From: a virus
Taxonomy: Duplodnaviria > Caudoviricetes
Virus record (IMG/VR): IMGVR_UViG_3300045303_000219
Span: 1 to 55,328 of that record
Direction: 5' to 3' (one strand)
Length of the DNA: 55,328 nucleotides
Each line of letters begins with the position of its first letter. The first letter of the stretch is position 1. Below are positions 1 to 8,419 of the stretch, piece by piece. The notes beneath the pieces are model-generated. The model was not told the origin of the DNA. It did not search any database and saw only the letters and a program-made list of their open reading frames with translations. A program made the position numbers and the translations under genes.

Positions 1-1491
1 CGCCCGGTTGCCCTTTGTCAGCGTCCCGGCGCCCTTGATGAACGGTTTTCCCAGCCCGCCCTCGCCGCGCACGCTAATCGCCCGGGGCTGCCGGGGTTTC
101 GTGTAGGCGTAGACAAAGTCGCTGGCGTAGTTTGAATCGCAGCACATGCGCCGGACCCGCATTTTCTTTTTGTCCCGGGTGAGAAAAACGCGCCGGTAAA
201 CGGCCTCGTCCACGAGGTTCCACACCTCGGGCTCGCGCGGGTCGCCGTCCAAGATGCCATACTCGATGCCCCAGCTTTCGCGGCCCTTGCCCCAGCCGAT
301 CACCTCATAATTAATCTGCCGCTCGCCCACATCTATGCCCGCGGTGAGCACCAGCACCCCGTCGGGCACCTCTGCCTCGTAGAGTTCGCGCCGGAACCTG
401 AACAGGTCGATGTCTACTTTGTGCCCCTTTTCCTCATGTAGTAAACCGAGCCGGGTGTTCCGAAACGCCTTCAGCAGTTCGACGTCCCCTTCTTCATTCG
501 CCCGAGCGGCACGCACGAATTCATCGCGCAAGATGTCCCACTCGACCCACGGGTTGTAAAGGCCGCTCACGAAAAAGCCCCGGGTAAGAACCTTCTGGCC
601 CCGCTCGTCAAAGGGCCGGTGCGCCCGGAACTCCCCGCGCCCGGCGAGCCATTTGAATTTCGGCGACCGCGCCGGGCACACCATGCACGAGTGCGTCAGG
701 TCGTCGAAGGTGATCCGCTCAAACATGAGCTGCTGGTAGGCGCCGCACACCGGGCAGGGCAAATACCAATGTTCACAGGTGCTTTGCAGCATTTCGCCCT
801 CGATGTGCGACGTGCCCTTGATCCCGGGCGACGAAACGATGACCACCTTGCGGTTCCAAAATCCGCTGGTGCGCGCGACCGCCAGCTGCAGCGGGTTTCC
901 TTCGGTGCCCGCGCTTGCCGGGTAACGATCGACGTCGTCGAGTAGCACGACCCGCACGGGTCGACCCGACAGGCTCGCGCTACTGTTCGCGCCGCCCATC
1001 GCCACGTAGCCGCCCGGAAACGCCTTGCGCCGCAGAGTATTGCTACTGTCCCGGGACTGCGGTTCGGCGAACTTTTCACGCAGCCGCGGCGAGTCCCGAA
1101 TCATAGGCGCAAGCCGGTCCCGCGAAAACGCCTCGGCCATTTCGATCGTAGGCTGGACCACCAGAATCGGGCAGGGGTCTTGGTCGGCAAAGTAGCCGAT
1201 CGGATTTAGAATCGCCGCGTCGGTGATCCCGAGCTGGGCCGCCTTTTGCACCACGACCTTCGGCACTAGCGGGTCGCTGATCGCGTTCATGATGTCCCGC
1301 TCGTAGGGCGCCTTGTCGGTCACCCATGCACCGGGCTCGGCGCTGCTTTCGCTTGAGAGCACCCGGTAGGCGTCGGCCCATTCGCTCAGCGATAACTCAG
1401 CTGGCGGCGGCAGCACGCTGAGCCAGCGGCGACGCCGCTCAGTAAACTCATCGACGCGACCGGGTTTTTCTTTTTGCGCTGCCGCGATCAT
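1..1491 (-). CDS. terL: Terminase large subunit, lambda GpA family (3' end truncated by window edge)
   Basis: Manual translation (absent from the ORF track because it has no stop in the window): MIAAAQKEK...LSLSEWADAYRVL...KAAQLGIT...ANSSASLSGRPVRVVLLDDVDRY...CPVCG...LTAGIDV. These are GpA Walker A/B, Zn-ribbon and nuclease motifs. Confidence 0.95.
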   Translation of the reverse strand, partial: MIAAAQKEKPGRVDEFTERRRRWLSVLPPPAELSLSEWADAYRVLSSESSAEPGAWVTDKAPYERDIMNAISDPLVPKVVVQKAAQLGITDAAILNPIGYFADQDPCPILVVQPTIEMAEAFSRDRLAPMIRDSPRLREKFAEPQSRDSSNTLRRKAFPGGYVAMGGANSSASLSGRPVRVVLLDDVDRYPASAGTEGNPLQLAVARTSGFWNRKVVIVSSPGIKGTSHIEGEMLQSTCEHWYLPCPVCGAYQQLMFERITFDDLTHSCMVCPARSPKFKWLAGRGEFRAHRPFDERGQKVLTRGFFVSGLYNPWVEWDILRDEFVRAARANEEGDVELLKAFRNTRLGLLHEEKGHKVDIDLFRFRRELYEAEVPDGVLVLTAGIDVGERQINYEVIGWGKGRESWGIEYGILDGDPREPEVWNLVDEAVYRRVFLTRDKKKMRVRRMCCDSNYASDFVYAYTKPRQPRAISVRGEGGLGKPFIKGAGTLTKGNRA

Positions 1492-2035
1492 GGTTCCCGT
1501 TCCCGCCCGAAGGGCTCCTCAGCTGCATGGTGTCAAAGTCGCCTGCCTCCCGTAGCGTGAGGTCCACATACTTCTTAACGATCGCGTGTATTTCGGCCCG
1601 CGTTTTGCCTTCCAGTAGCGAGGCGATCCGGGAGGGAAGTGCGCGCATGTGATTTTTGATCGTGGTGAGCAAACTCATCACCTCGCGATCGACCCGGTTG
1701 CCGTCGATCATTTCCCCGCGTGCCCGGGCCAGCTCCAGCTCCTTTGATGCCCGGATGATTTGTTGCGTTAAACTTTTCTCCAGCAGGAATTGCCGCCGCG
1801 CTTCTTCACCCGGCGCCCGCAGGTGCCGGATGTATGCCGGAACGGTCTCGCGCCAATCGTAAACGACGAAACGCCTGCCAACCCGGTTTTCCGTTTTGCG
1901 CCTAACGACCCCGCCCTTCGTGAGATTCGACAAGTCTAGCTCGCTCAAGATCAATAGCGCCGCCATTTCCGCGGGCGGTAGTGTGCCGGGCGTAGGGGCG
2001 TCCGCCATCGAAGGCTTTTTTCGTTTGTTCGCCAC
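1448..2035 (-). CDS. terS: Terminase small subunit (Nu1-like)
   Basis: Directly upstream of and overlapping terL. It has an N-terminal HTH-like segment, then ELELARARGEMID and a helical C-terminus typical of Nu1-like proteins. Confidence 0.8.
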   Translation of the reverse strand: MANKRKKPSMADAPTPGTLPPAEMAALLILSELDLSNLTKGGVVRRKTENRVGRRFVVYDWRETVPAYIRHLRAPGEEARRQFLLEKSLTQQIIRASKELELARARGEMIDGNRVDREVMSLLTTIKNHMRALPSRIASLLEGKTRAEIHAIVKKYVDLTLREAGDFDTMQLRSPSGGNGNHDRGSAKRKTRSRR

Positions 2036-2160
2036 AATCTAGTTGGATTCTGGGCGTCTCCGCACGCGCAGAAGAGAGGCAAAATAACAGAACCTATTTT
2101 TAATGGCGATTTTTATTTCGTGCACGCCCGGGGGGAGGGCGGGACTGGTTAGGCGAAGAT

Positions 2161-2300
2161 CAGTTTCGACTGCGCGCATGCAGTCACGCGACTGCTTTTC
2201 GAATGAGTCACCGACTGGAAGGCGCACGAGTCGTCGACTGCAAGGCGCACCAGTCAGCGACTGCGAGGCGCACCAGTCACCGACTGCAAGGCACACCAGT
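2161..2300. repeat. Tandem array with 23-bp period, each unit containing SAGTC-N3-GACTG
   Basis: Units start at 2205, 2228, 2251, 2274 and 2297 (partial), with degenerate copies at 2161 and 2181. Consensus SAGTCNNCGACTGCAAGGCGCAC. Confidence 0.9.
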
Positions 2301-2346
2301 GGGGGATGGGGCGGGGGGGTTGTGATTGATTTGGTTGTCGATTGAT

Positions 2347-2496
2347 TCATCTGCGTCGGCGTGCACGCGGTGCACGTTTAAAGCCCTTCGTTGCTTTGTA
2401 TGCAGCGATCTGGCGTTGCGTCCATAGCTTGCCCGAAGGCGATCGGTATAGGGGCGCCCCCCTTGCGTTGCGCGCCCGCGTTTTAATCCACGGCAT
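2347..2496 (-). CDS. Small basic hypothetical protein (49 aa)
   Basis: MPWIKTRARNARGAPLYRSPSGKLWTQRQIAAYKATKGFKRAPRARRRR. GGAGG upstream; overlaps the end of the upstream ORF. Confidence 0.55.
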   Translation of the reverse strand: MPWIKTRARNARGAPLYRSPSGKLWTQRQIAAYKATKGFKRAPRARRRR

Positions 2497-2917
2497 GGGT
2501 GCCCTCCTCCCCGGGGGCGGTGCATTGGCAATCGTGCAGCGGGTCGTTGCCCGGCACTATGTCCCCGCACCACGGGCATTGGTAGTGGGCGCAGATGCTA
2601 TAGTTGATCACCGGGTGTTTGCGGCCCGGGGCGATGAGTTCGGTGATCTTCGCCTGCACCTGCGACATCAGGTAGGCGCGGGCGGGCGCGAAGGCGACTT
2701 GTTGCTCGACCGCGGCGACTGCGCTTTTAATCGTCTTGCGGCACGTATCGACAATCTCGGCATCCACGCCGAGGTAGGCGGCCTCGATATCGTAATCAAT
2801 CAGGAGCGCGGTTTCGGGCACGCCGTGCGCCCGGGCAAAGTAAGCGTGGAAAAAAGTCCGCTCGATCAGGTCGATTAGGCGGTCGGCGAAAATGCGTTCT
2901 TCTTGAACCGTGCTCAC
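2483..2917 (-). CDS. Hypothetical protein with C-terminal Cys/His Zn-binding motif
   Basis: 144-aa ORF with protein-like composition and CPWCG...HDCQC. Confidence 0.65.
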   Translation of the reverse strand: MSTVQEERIFADRLIDLIERTFFHAYFARAHGVPETALLIDYDIEAAYLGVDAEIVDTCRKTIKSAVAAVEQQVAFAPARAYLMSQVQAKITELIAPGRKHPVINYSICAHYQCPWCGDIVPGNDPLHDCQCTAPGEEGTHAVD

Positions 2918-3080
2918 CGCCGGGGAGCGTAGTGCCCGGCGCGCGGGAACTCAAGGCGAAGGTGCGCCGCCGCCCCTTTCGGAACGAACGGCGCACGTTT
3001 CGTCTCGCTTCATTCTCTCGGGGGCATATTTCGCACCGCCGGAAAGGCCGGTCAAGGGCCGGGTTGCAGCGGCTGCGACG

Positions 3081-3215
3081 CGTTCGACTGCTTTGACTGG
3101 TTTCGCGCGACTCAAACGACTGCGACCCGCGCGACTGGTTTGACTGGTTGCCGCGACTCAAACGGGTTGCAGTCAAAAAACCGGTTTGACGCGTTGCCCG
3201 GGGTTAAACCTACCA
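3081..3215. repeat. Low-complexity array of GACTG/GACTC motifs
   Basis: GACT[GC] or its complement at 3086, 3095, 3109, 3118, 3133, 3142, 3155 and 3170. CGCGACTCAAAC and TTTGACTGGTT each occur twice. Confidence 0.75.
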
Positions 3216-3429
3216 AATCGGTTTCAAATGGTAGCAATTTGGTCGGTGCAAGGCGGCCCCCGGGTGCGTGCATGCCCGAAAAAGGGCCTTTTGTCGGGCA
3301 AAAAGGCCGACTAATTGCGGCGATTGTTAAAAGATTGTTTGGCCCCGTGTCTTCCGCTTTTACCTAGCGTCGGGACAGTTCTGTAGATGGAAGATCATTG
3401 GGATTATTTGCCCGCCCGGCGTCGCGTGC

Positions 3430-4145
3430 CGGTTTCCGGGCATGAGGCACCCGGGTCGCAGGTGCTGAGGCGCGCGGCTCATGAGGCACGAGGGTCGGCC
3501 CTGCGGGCCGTGAGGTGCCGCCGAAACAATCCCGGCTGATGGAAAAACAATCGCCCGTAATGGTGCGTTTTCACCCGGTAGCACCGAAAAGGGGGGTTTT
3601 CGGTGCGCCACGATGCCCGTAGAAGGGCCGATCGCCCGGCCCGGGGGTGCTGGGTGCGGCGGCTCAGGGCACCTCGCAGGCGGGGCAGGTGGCGCCTCAG
3701 CAGGCGCACGAGTGGTCGACTCATGAGGCGCGACTCATGCGCCTGTTCAGGCGTGAGGTGAACACCGCGAACCGGGCATGAATCGCGATTCTGGTGATTC
3801 TCGGTATTTGGGGCCGGGCAATGTCTTTCCCGAGACCGGCCCGTCTCGGCGCAGACTTTGGTCAAACGTCTCGCGCAAGGTTGGCCCGTCTTCGGCAAGG
3901 TTTCGGCTCGCCCAAACCGGGCGAACACCGATTCTCGCGATCCGCGTGGTTCGCGTGGTGTTCGTGGTCCCGGGCGCCGCCCGGGTGCATGCGTGAATCA
4001 CGAGGATCATGATTCTCGACGATCCACGCGATTCTCGTGGTGCCCGGCACGGCGGGCCGGGGCATGCGTAAAGAAAAGACAGGAGCACGACTTACGCCGC
4101 GCCGCAGGCGCGCGACTGTCGGCTCATCAGGCGCGACTCATGTGC
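3430..4145. repeat. Non-coding region rich in CATGAGG/CTCATG and GANTC motifs
   Basis: No credible ORF. CATGAGGC at 3441, 3480 and 3722; ten GANTC sites between 3718 and 4139. Confidence 0.65.
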
Positions 4146-4196
4146 CCTCGCCCGCCCGGGTGCGTGTGCCCGAACGGGCGGCGATGGCAGCAATTT

Positions 4197-4685
4197 TTAG
4201 CGTTTCGGCTGCGCGACCGTCACGACCGAGAACGTCCAACCGCTTTTCTCGGTGTAAACGGCGACAAGCGCGGAATCCGGCGGGAGCGGATTTCCTGCCG
4301 GGAGGTTCACCGCTGGCGGGAGGCCATTGCTGATTTCCGGCGGTGGCGGCTTCGTGCTGGCCCCCGGTGGCGGCGCTTGCGGCGGCCAGATTACGTTCGG
4401 CGGGACGTTCGGCGGTCGGTTCGCTGGATGCCCCGGCGAACTCGGTAAACCGTGGTCTGGATGCCCCGGCTGAATCGGTAAGCCCGCGCTCGGATGCCCC
4501 GGCGGGTAAACCGGCTTCCCATTTACATAGACGGGCGGGATCGGCAGCCCAGCGTCGGGGTGCCCCGGCGGGTGAACCGGCCATCCGGTGATGTGACCGG
4601 GTTGCGCGGGAATGCCGCCTCCGAAACCGGGAATGTCGGCGCCGCCGCCGACAGGAATAATAACGACTAATTGTGCGTTGTGCAT
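4197..4685 (-). CDS. Proline-rich protein with PGHPxxGLP repeats
   Basis: MHNAQLVVIIPVGGG... followed by PPGHPDAGLP, PPGHPSAGLP, QPGHPDHGLP and SPGHPANRP. A/C-rich leader with GAAAGG precedes the ATG at 4685. Confidence 0.8.
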   Translation of the reverse strand: MHNAQLVVIIPVGGGADIPGFGGGIPAQPGHITGWPVHPPGHPDAGLPIPPVYVNGKPVYPPGHPSAGLPIQPGHPDHGLPSSPGHPANRPPNVPPNVIWPPQAPPPGASTKPPPPEISNGLPPAVNLPAGNPLPPDSALVAVYTEKSGWTFSVVTVAQPKR

Positions 4686-4794
4686 GTTTTGCCTTTCGTG
4701 TTTGAGGTTGAGATTGAGTGCCGGGCGGTGGGTGCCCGGGGTGCACACCCTAAGCATCGCATGCCGGGAAACGCAAGCGACGGTCGCGTGACGC

Positions 4795-4962
4795 CTAGAG
4801 GAGCTGGTGCCCCGGCCCGTATTTTCGCGGGCGGCCACGTTTCCGATTGCGGTTCGGGTCCAGCTTCGGATTCGGCGCGCCGCACATGACGCAGGCCGCC
4901 TCGACCTTGCGGAAGAGATGCCGCGTGCGCTCGCCGGTGCAGTGTTTGATTTGTGTTCGCAT
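4795..4962 (-). CDS. Small protein with Cys/His motif and AT-hook (55 aa)
   Basis: MRTQIKHCTGERTRHLFRKVEAACVMCGAPNPKLDPNRNRKRGRPRKYGPGHQLL; RGRPRK is the AT-hook core. Confidence 0.55.
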   Translation of the reverse strand: MRTQIKHCTGERTRHLFRKVEAACVMCGAPNPKLDPNRNRKRGRPRKYGPGHQLL

Positions 4963-5059
4963 GATTGCCGAAGACGACGGCGCGGGTGATCAATGACGAG
5001 GCCGAATCCCCGCCTATGCGGGCGGGGCAAAACCTGTCGCCCGGAGATCTCCTCCGGTT

Positions 5060-5275
5060 CTACATCCCGTCACCGTCGTCTTCGAAAATCATCCCGTTCA
5101 CTTTAAGCCGGGCACGAAGCTTGGTCGCCTCCTTTCTCAATTGCGCCGCGTATGCCGGGTCGGTGCCCGCGGCCTCCCATGCCTCGGCCAGCGCCAGCTT
5201 CGTCGTGTAGCGATCGAGCGTGCGCACGAAACCCCGGCTGCGCCGTTCATGCCGCTCCTCGGTCGATTCGCTCAT
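5060..5275 (-). CDS. Hypothetical protein (71 aa)
   Basis: MSESTEERHERR...; ATGA-coupled to the upstream ORF. Confidence 0.6.
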   Translation of the reverse strand: MSESTEERHERRSRGFVRTLDRYTTKLALAEAWEAAGTDPAYAAQLRKEATKLRARLKVNGMIFEDDGDGM

Positions 5276-5412
5276 GGCATGTAAATCCGGGGCCGGTTGT
5301 AGGCCCGCAAATATTCCCGCAGCAGGTCCGGCGGGTGCACGGCCCGGCGGCGGTGATGAAAGCGCCGGACCACCAGCTCGGCGATCCGGCACAAATCATG
5401 GAGCAGTCTCAT
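5272..5412 (-). CDS. Hypothetical protein (46 aa)
   Basis: MRLLHDLCRIAELVVRRF...; ATGA overlaps at both ends. Confidence 0.45.
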   Translation of the reverse strand: MRLLHDLCRIAELVVRRFHHRRRAVHPPDLLREYLRAYNRPRIYMP

Positions 5413-5495
5413 AGGCCCAGCACCCGGCACGCTACCTCAAAGGCGATCCGCAGTAGCACGGCGATCGCGAGGCACCCGGCGGCCAGCTTAATCAT
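5409..5495 (-). CDS. Small hydrophobic peptide (28 aa)
   Basis: MIKLAAGCLAIAVLLRIAFEVACRVLGL; ATGA overlaps at both ends. Confidence 0.45.
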   Translation of the reverse strand: MIKLAAGCLAIAVLLRIAFEVACRVLGL

Positions 5496-6928
5496 GCGGG
5501 CAGCCTCCCTTCACGCCCGAGGGCCATCGCCTTCGCGGCGAGCCGGGAAAGGGCGTCGTTGTATTTTTCGCTGAGGTGGTTGCTCTCGTAGTGATGCCCG
5601 AATTCGTGAATGATCAGGTCGTCGATTGCCAGACGATTTTCATCCAAGTCGAACCAGCGCTTCCCGCCGAGGTTGCGCACGTTAAAGGAGAGCACCCGGT
5701 GCCCCCAGCACGCCGCCTCGCGGCTCGGTTGTTCGCAGAACTCTACGGTGATCTCGCCGCCCAGCAGTAGCCGGGCCAGCTCTTGCGCGTAGGCCCGGAC
5801 CCGCTTCATGCCGGGCGTTTCTACGGCGACCTGATGCGGCACGCCGCCATCGGGGTGTGTAGGAAACACCTTGCCCGCGGGCTGGATCGCTTCCGCGGCC
5901 CGCACGTTTGCCCATGCCTCCCGGGTGAGCATCCCGCCCTTGACCACGGTGTAACCGCTGGCGACCGCTTTATTGTTCGCCTCGGGGTCGTTCATGTCGA
6001 AGGAAACCCGCAGCTCGCCGAATCGCTTGGCTACGTAATCGCGCACCGCCTCCGGTTTCGCGTCGCCGCTTTCGATGGCGATTTGCGCCCAGCTGTGATT
6101 CACGTCTTCGGTGGTGAGCTGGTTGTGCGTCGCATTAAAAACCGCGGTGCGCAGCACCCGTAGAAATTCGGGCGTCACGTTTTCGCGGTCGAGCGTTAGC
6201 GGCACCTTTTGCTGCACGTCGACATGGTAGGCGCACTCATGCTCGACGACCGGGATGCCCATCTCGTAGATGTGCGCCGGGCCGCCGCCGTTCACCGTGT
6301 AGCAGTGAACCTCGCATTGCCGCCGGGACCGGCGCAGGGCGCCTTCGGCGTCTGCGATCTCGGTCGGTAGCGTAGCCTTCAGCGTGTGCGCCCGCACCGG
6401 GGCCGTCAGCACCGTGCCGTTAAAGGTGGTGCGAATAGTGCCCGGCGGGACGAGCATCTTGATCGCTTCCGCGACCTGCGCCTGCTCCTCCTTCGTCATG
6501 CGGACCTTTGCCGTAAACACCGATCCGATTTCCGTTTTCGTGCCGGTTTCGATGCGGCCCTTCTCGCCGAACATCACGGTCCCTTTCGTGGTCGTGATTT
6601 CGGCCCATTTGCAAAGCGAGAGCACCAGCTTCTCGCCGAGGTTGAAACGCCCGCGCTGCTCGGCGTTCCCTTTTTTCGCGCTGTCCGCGAATAGCGTGTA
6701 GGCGTGCCGCAGGTCTTTGAAGCCCTCCGGTGCATCATCCTCCACGCGCAGCATCGCGTAGCCGCGCTCATCATCGGGGTCGAGGCCGACGTGCACATGG
6801 GAAACGCCCGCCTCGTCCCATGCATTTTGCACCAGCTCAAACACCGCGAACTCGACGCCTTTGCGGCGCAGAATTTTCGCGAGCCCTTGCCGGTCCACGT
6901 CGAACCAGTTTTGCTTTTGTTTTGCCAT
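5492..6928 (-). CDS. GHKL (HATPase_c) ATPase fused to C-terminal HEXXH metallopeptidase-like domain
   Basis: GHKL motifs ELVQNAWDE, VEDDAPEGF and SAKKGNAEQRGRFNLGEK; C-terminal LIIHEFGHHYESNH. Confidence 0.85.
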   Translation of the reverse strand: MAKQKQNWFDVDRQGLAKILRRKGVEFAVFELVQNAWDEAGVSHVHVGLDPDDERGYAMLRVEDDAPEGFKDLRHAYTLFADSAKKGNAEQRGRFNLGEKLVLSLCKWAEITTTKGTVMFGEKGRIETGTKTEIGSVFTAKVRMTKEEQAQVAEAIKMLVPPGTIRTTFNGTVLTAPVRAHTLKATLPTEIADAEGALRRSRRQCEVHCYTVNGGGPAHIYEMGIPVVEHECAYHVDVQQKVPLTLDRENVTPEFLRVLRTAVFNATHNQLTTEDVNHSWAQIAIESGDAKPEAVRDYVAKRFGELRVSFDMNDPEANNKAVASGYTVVKGGMLTREAWANVRAAEAIQPAGKVFPTHPDGGVPHQVAVETPGMKRVRAYAQELARLLLGGEITVEFCEQPSREAACWGHRVLSFNVRNLGGKRWFDLDENRLAIDDLIIHEFGHHYESNHLSEKYNDALSRLAAKAMALGREGRLPA

Positions 6929-6932
6929 AAAA

Positions 6933-7172
6933 TTACTTCAGCACGATCGCCGGGATCGCGGCCTCCTTGTCGGTTTCGCTTTCGTCTTCATCGTAGCGGT
7001 CGAGGGTGCGGTGGCAGTTCCCGTAGGCCCACTCCGTGACATCGAGCTGCTGCACTTGGCGCACCGGGTCGGCGGCCTCCGTGCGATTGTAATCGCCATA
7101 ATTGTAGGCGAAAAACACCGGCGTCTCGGGGTCCATGTTTTGCAGGGCCGCGATTAGTTCACCCGCCGTCAT
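6933..7172 (-). CDS. Hypothetical protein (79 aa)
   Basis: MTAGELIAALQNMDPETPV-type N-terminus, common in small phage proteins; GGAGGT SD. Confidence 0.75.
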   Translation of the reverse strand: MTAGELIAALQNMDPETPVFFAYNYGDYNRTEAADPVRQVQQLDVTEWAYGNCHRTLDRYDEDESETDKEAAIPAIVLK

Positions 7173-7399
7173 TTCGCACCTCCCAGCACTTCACTTGGGG
7201 TTGGGGCGCTTCCGGGTTGGCGCACGCAGCACTCGGGCGCGCGTGAGGCCCCGACCATGCTGTAAACTTTGCCGCTGCCATCACGGTTCCGCATGATGAG
7301 CGCGATGCGCTGTTTGAAATCCGCGACCGACTCCGGTTGCGGTAGTATGCCGCGGGGCGCTTTGCCCCCGCCCGTTTTGCTGCTTTTCGTTTTCGTCAT
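7169..7399 (-). CDS. Hypothetical cassette-leading protein (MTKTKSSKTGGGKAPR...)
   Basis: Starts at the ATG of promoter element 1; ATGA-coupled downstream. Confidence 0.6.
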   Translation of the reverse strand: MTKTKSSKTGGGKAPRGILPQPESVADFKQRIALIMRNRDGSGKVYSMVGASRAPECCVRQPGSAPTPSEVLGGAK

Positions 7400-7471
7400 G
7401 CCGGACCTTCGCATGGAGTAGAAAGGCGCACAAGTGGAATTTTGCACTTTTTTTGATTTATTTTTAGGGCC
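7397..7471 (-). promoter_or_regulatory. Cassette promoter element copy 1 (leaderless)
   Basis: Minus strand: GGCC..AAAAATAAATCAAAAAAA..TTCCAC-TTGTGC-N17-GAAGGT-CCGGC-ATG. Confidence 0.8.
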
Positions 7472-7703
7472 GGTTTCCCGCCCGGGCGAGCGTGTGATTA
7501 TGCGCATCGCAAAACTCCTGCGCCTCCATGTGCGTGCGGAAGTTGGCGAGCGGCGTGCCGCTCACGTTGCGCTCGCTTTCGGCCTTCACCGCGTAGCCTT
7601 CGCGCCGGGTGCGGCGCCGCCGCCCGGTGGTCCACCAGCATACGTGCCACGGTTCCCGGGCGAAGCGCTCGCGCGCTCGCGCCCGGTTTGATTCGGCCCT
7701 CAT
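7464..7703 (-). CDS. Hypothetical protein (79 aa)
   Basis: MRAESNRAR...; ATGA-coupled; stop codon lies inside promoter element 1. Confidence 0.6.
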   Translation of the reverse strand: MRAESNRARARERFAREPWHVCWWTTGRRRRTRREGYAVKAESERNVSGTPLANFRTHMEAQEFCDAHNHTLARAGNRP

Positions 7704-8419
7704 GACACGCCCGGCTCGGGGCCGGTGTGCGCACACCCGGAATCGTCGACCCAATAATTGTGGCGCCCGTTTTGCTCGCGATATTCTTCGATGTAGCGTT
7801 CGGCCTCGCGGTCCTCGGCGAGTTCGAGGGCGCGCTTGGCGGTGTTCTGCACCTCGCGTTTTACGACCGCCTCCGCGGCCCGGGCCACTTCGGCGATCTC
7901 CGCGAAGGGGGGCATGGCGGGCTTGTGCCCGCATGCCGCCGCGGTGTGCCGGTGCGCGAAGTATTTGGCGCACACCGGGCCGATTGCACCGGCGACCGAT
8001 TTGGCCGCCTTGAGGTGCCGCCCGCACACGATGCACCGGGCGAACTTCGTCAGGAAGTCGTGGGCATCGGCAAGGTCCCAGCGATCGGTTTCGGTGAGTT
8101 TGTAGATCACCCCGGGCCGGTAAACCGCCTCAAAATCTACGACCGCGCCCGCCTCGGTCATGCGCGCCGGGGATTCAACGATCTCCTTCGCGTAGAACCG
8201 GGTTTTTTCGCGGTTGGGTTTCACCACGTAGATTTTGCCGTCTTTGCGGAACACGCCCATCTGGACCGTGGCCGCGGGCGCCGCCGCCGCTTGCGCGGTC
8301 TTCGGGCACTCTCCGACATGGCGCACACCGGCGCCGCGTTCCCATTCGCACTTCATGCCCGCGGGAATCACCCCGCCGCACTTCGTGCATTTGCCGCTGA
8401 ATTTTGCCGTGAGCGTCAT
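7700..8419 (-). CDS. Zn-ribbon plus DUF6011-like domain protein
   Basis: N-terminal AKFSGKCTKCGG...HVGEC; CIVCGRHLKAAKSVAGAIGPVCAK matches the DUF6011 pattern CxxCGRxL...S...GIGPxC. Confidence 0.75.
   Translation of the reverse strand: MTLTAKFSGKCTKCGGVIPAGMKCEWERGAGVRHVGECPKTAQAAAAPAATVQMGVFRKDGKIYVVKPNREKTRFYAKEIVESPARMTEAGAVVDFEAVYRPGVIYKLTETDRWDLADAHDFLTKFARCIVCGRHLKAAKSVAGAIGPVCAKYFAHRHTAAACGHKPAMPPFAEIAEVARAAEAVVKREVQNTAKRALELAEDREAERYIEEYREQNGRHNYWVDDSGCAHTGPEPGVS

Noticed and set aside
1215-1250. Apparently broken Walker A in TerL (KAAQLGIT)
   Set aside because: Lambda GpA-family terminases use a deviant Walker A with the Lys at the start of the motif, so this is normal.
2161-2300. 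23-bp array as a mini-CRISPR
   Set aside because: Units are contiguous tandem repeats with no unique spacers.
2930-4190. Many overlapping ORF-track ORFs in the repeat-rich region
   Set aside because: Arg/Pro/Ala-rich translations of GC-rich motif repeats with no start context; treated as non-coding.
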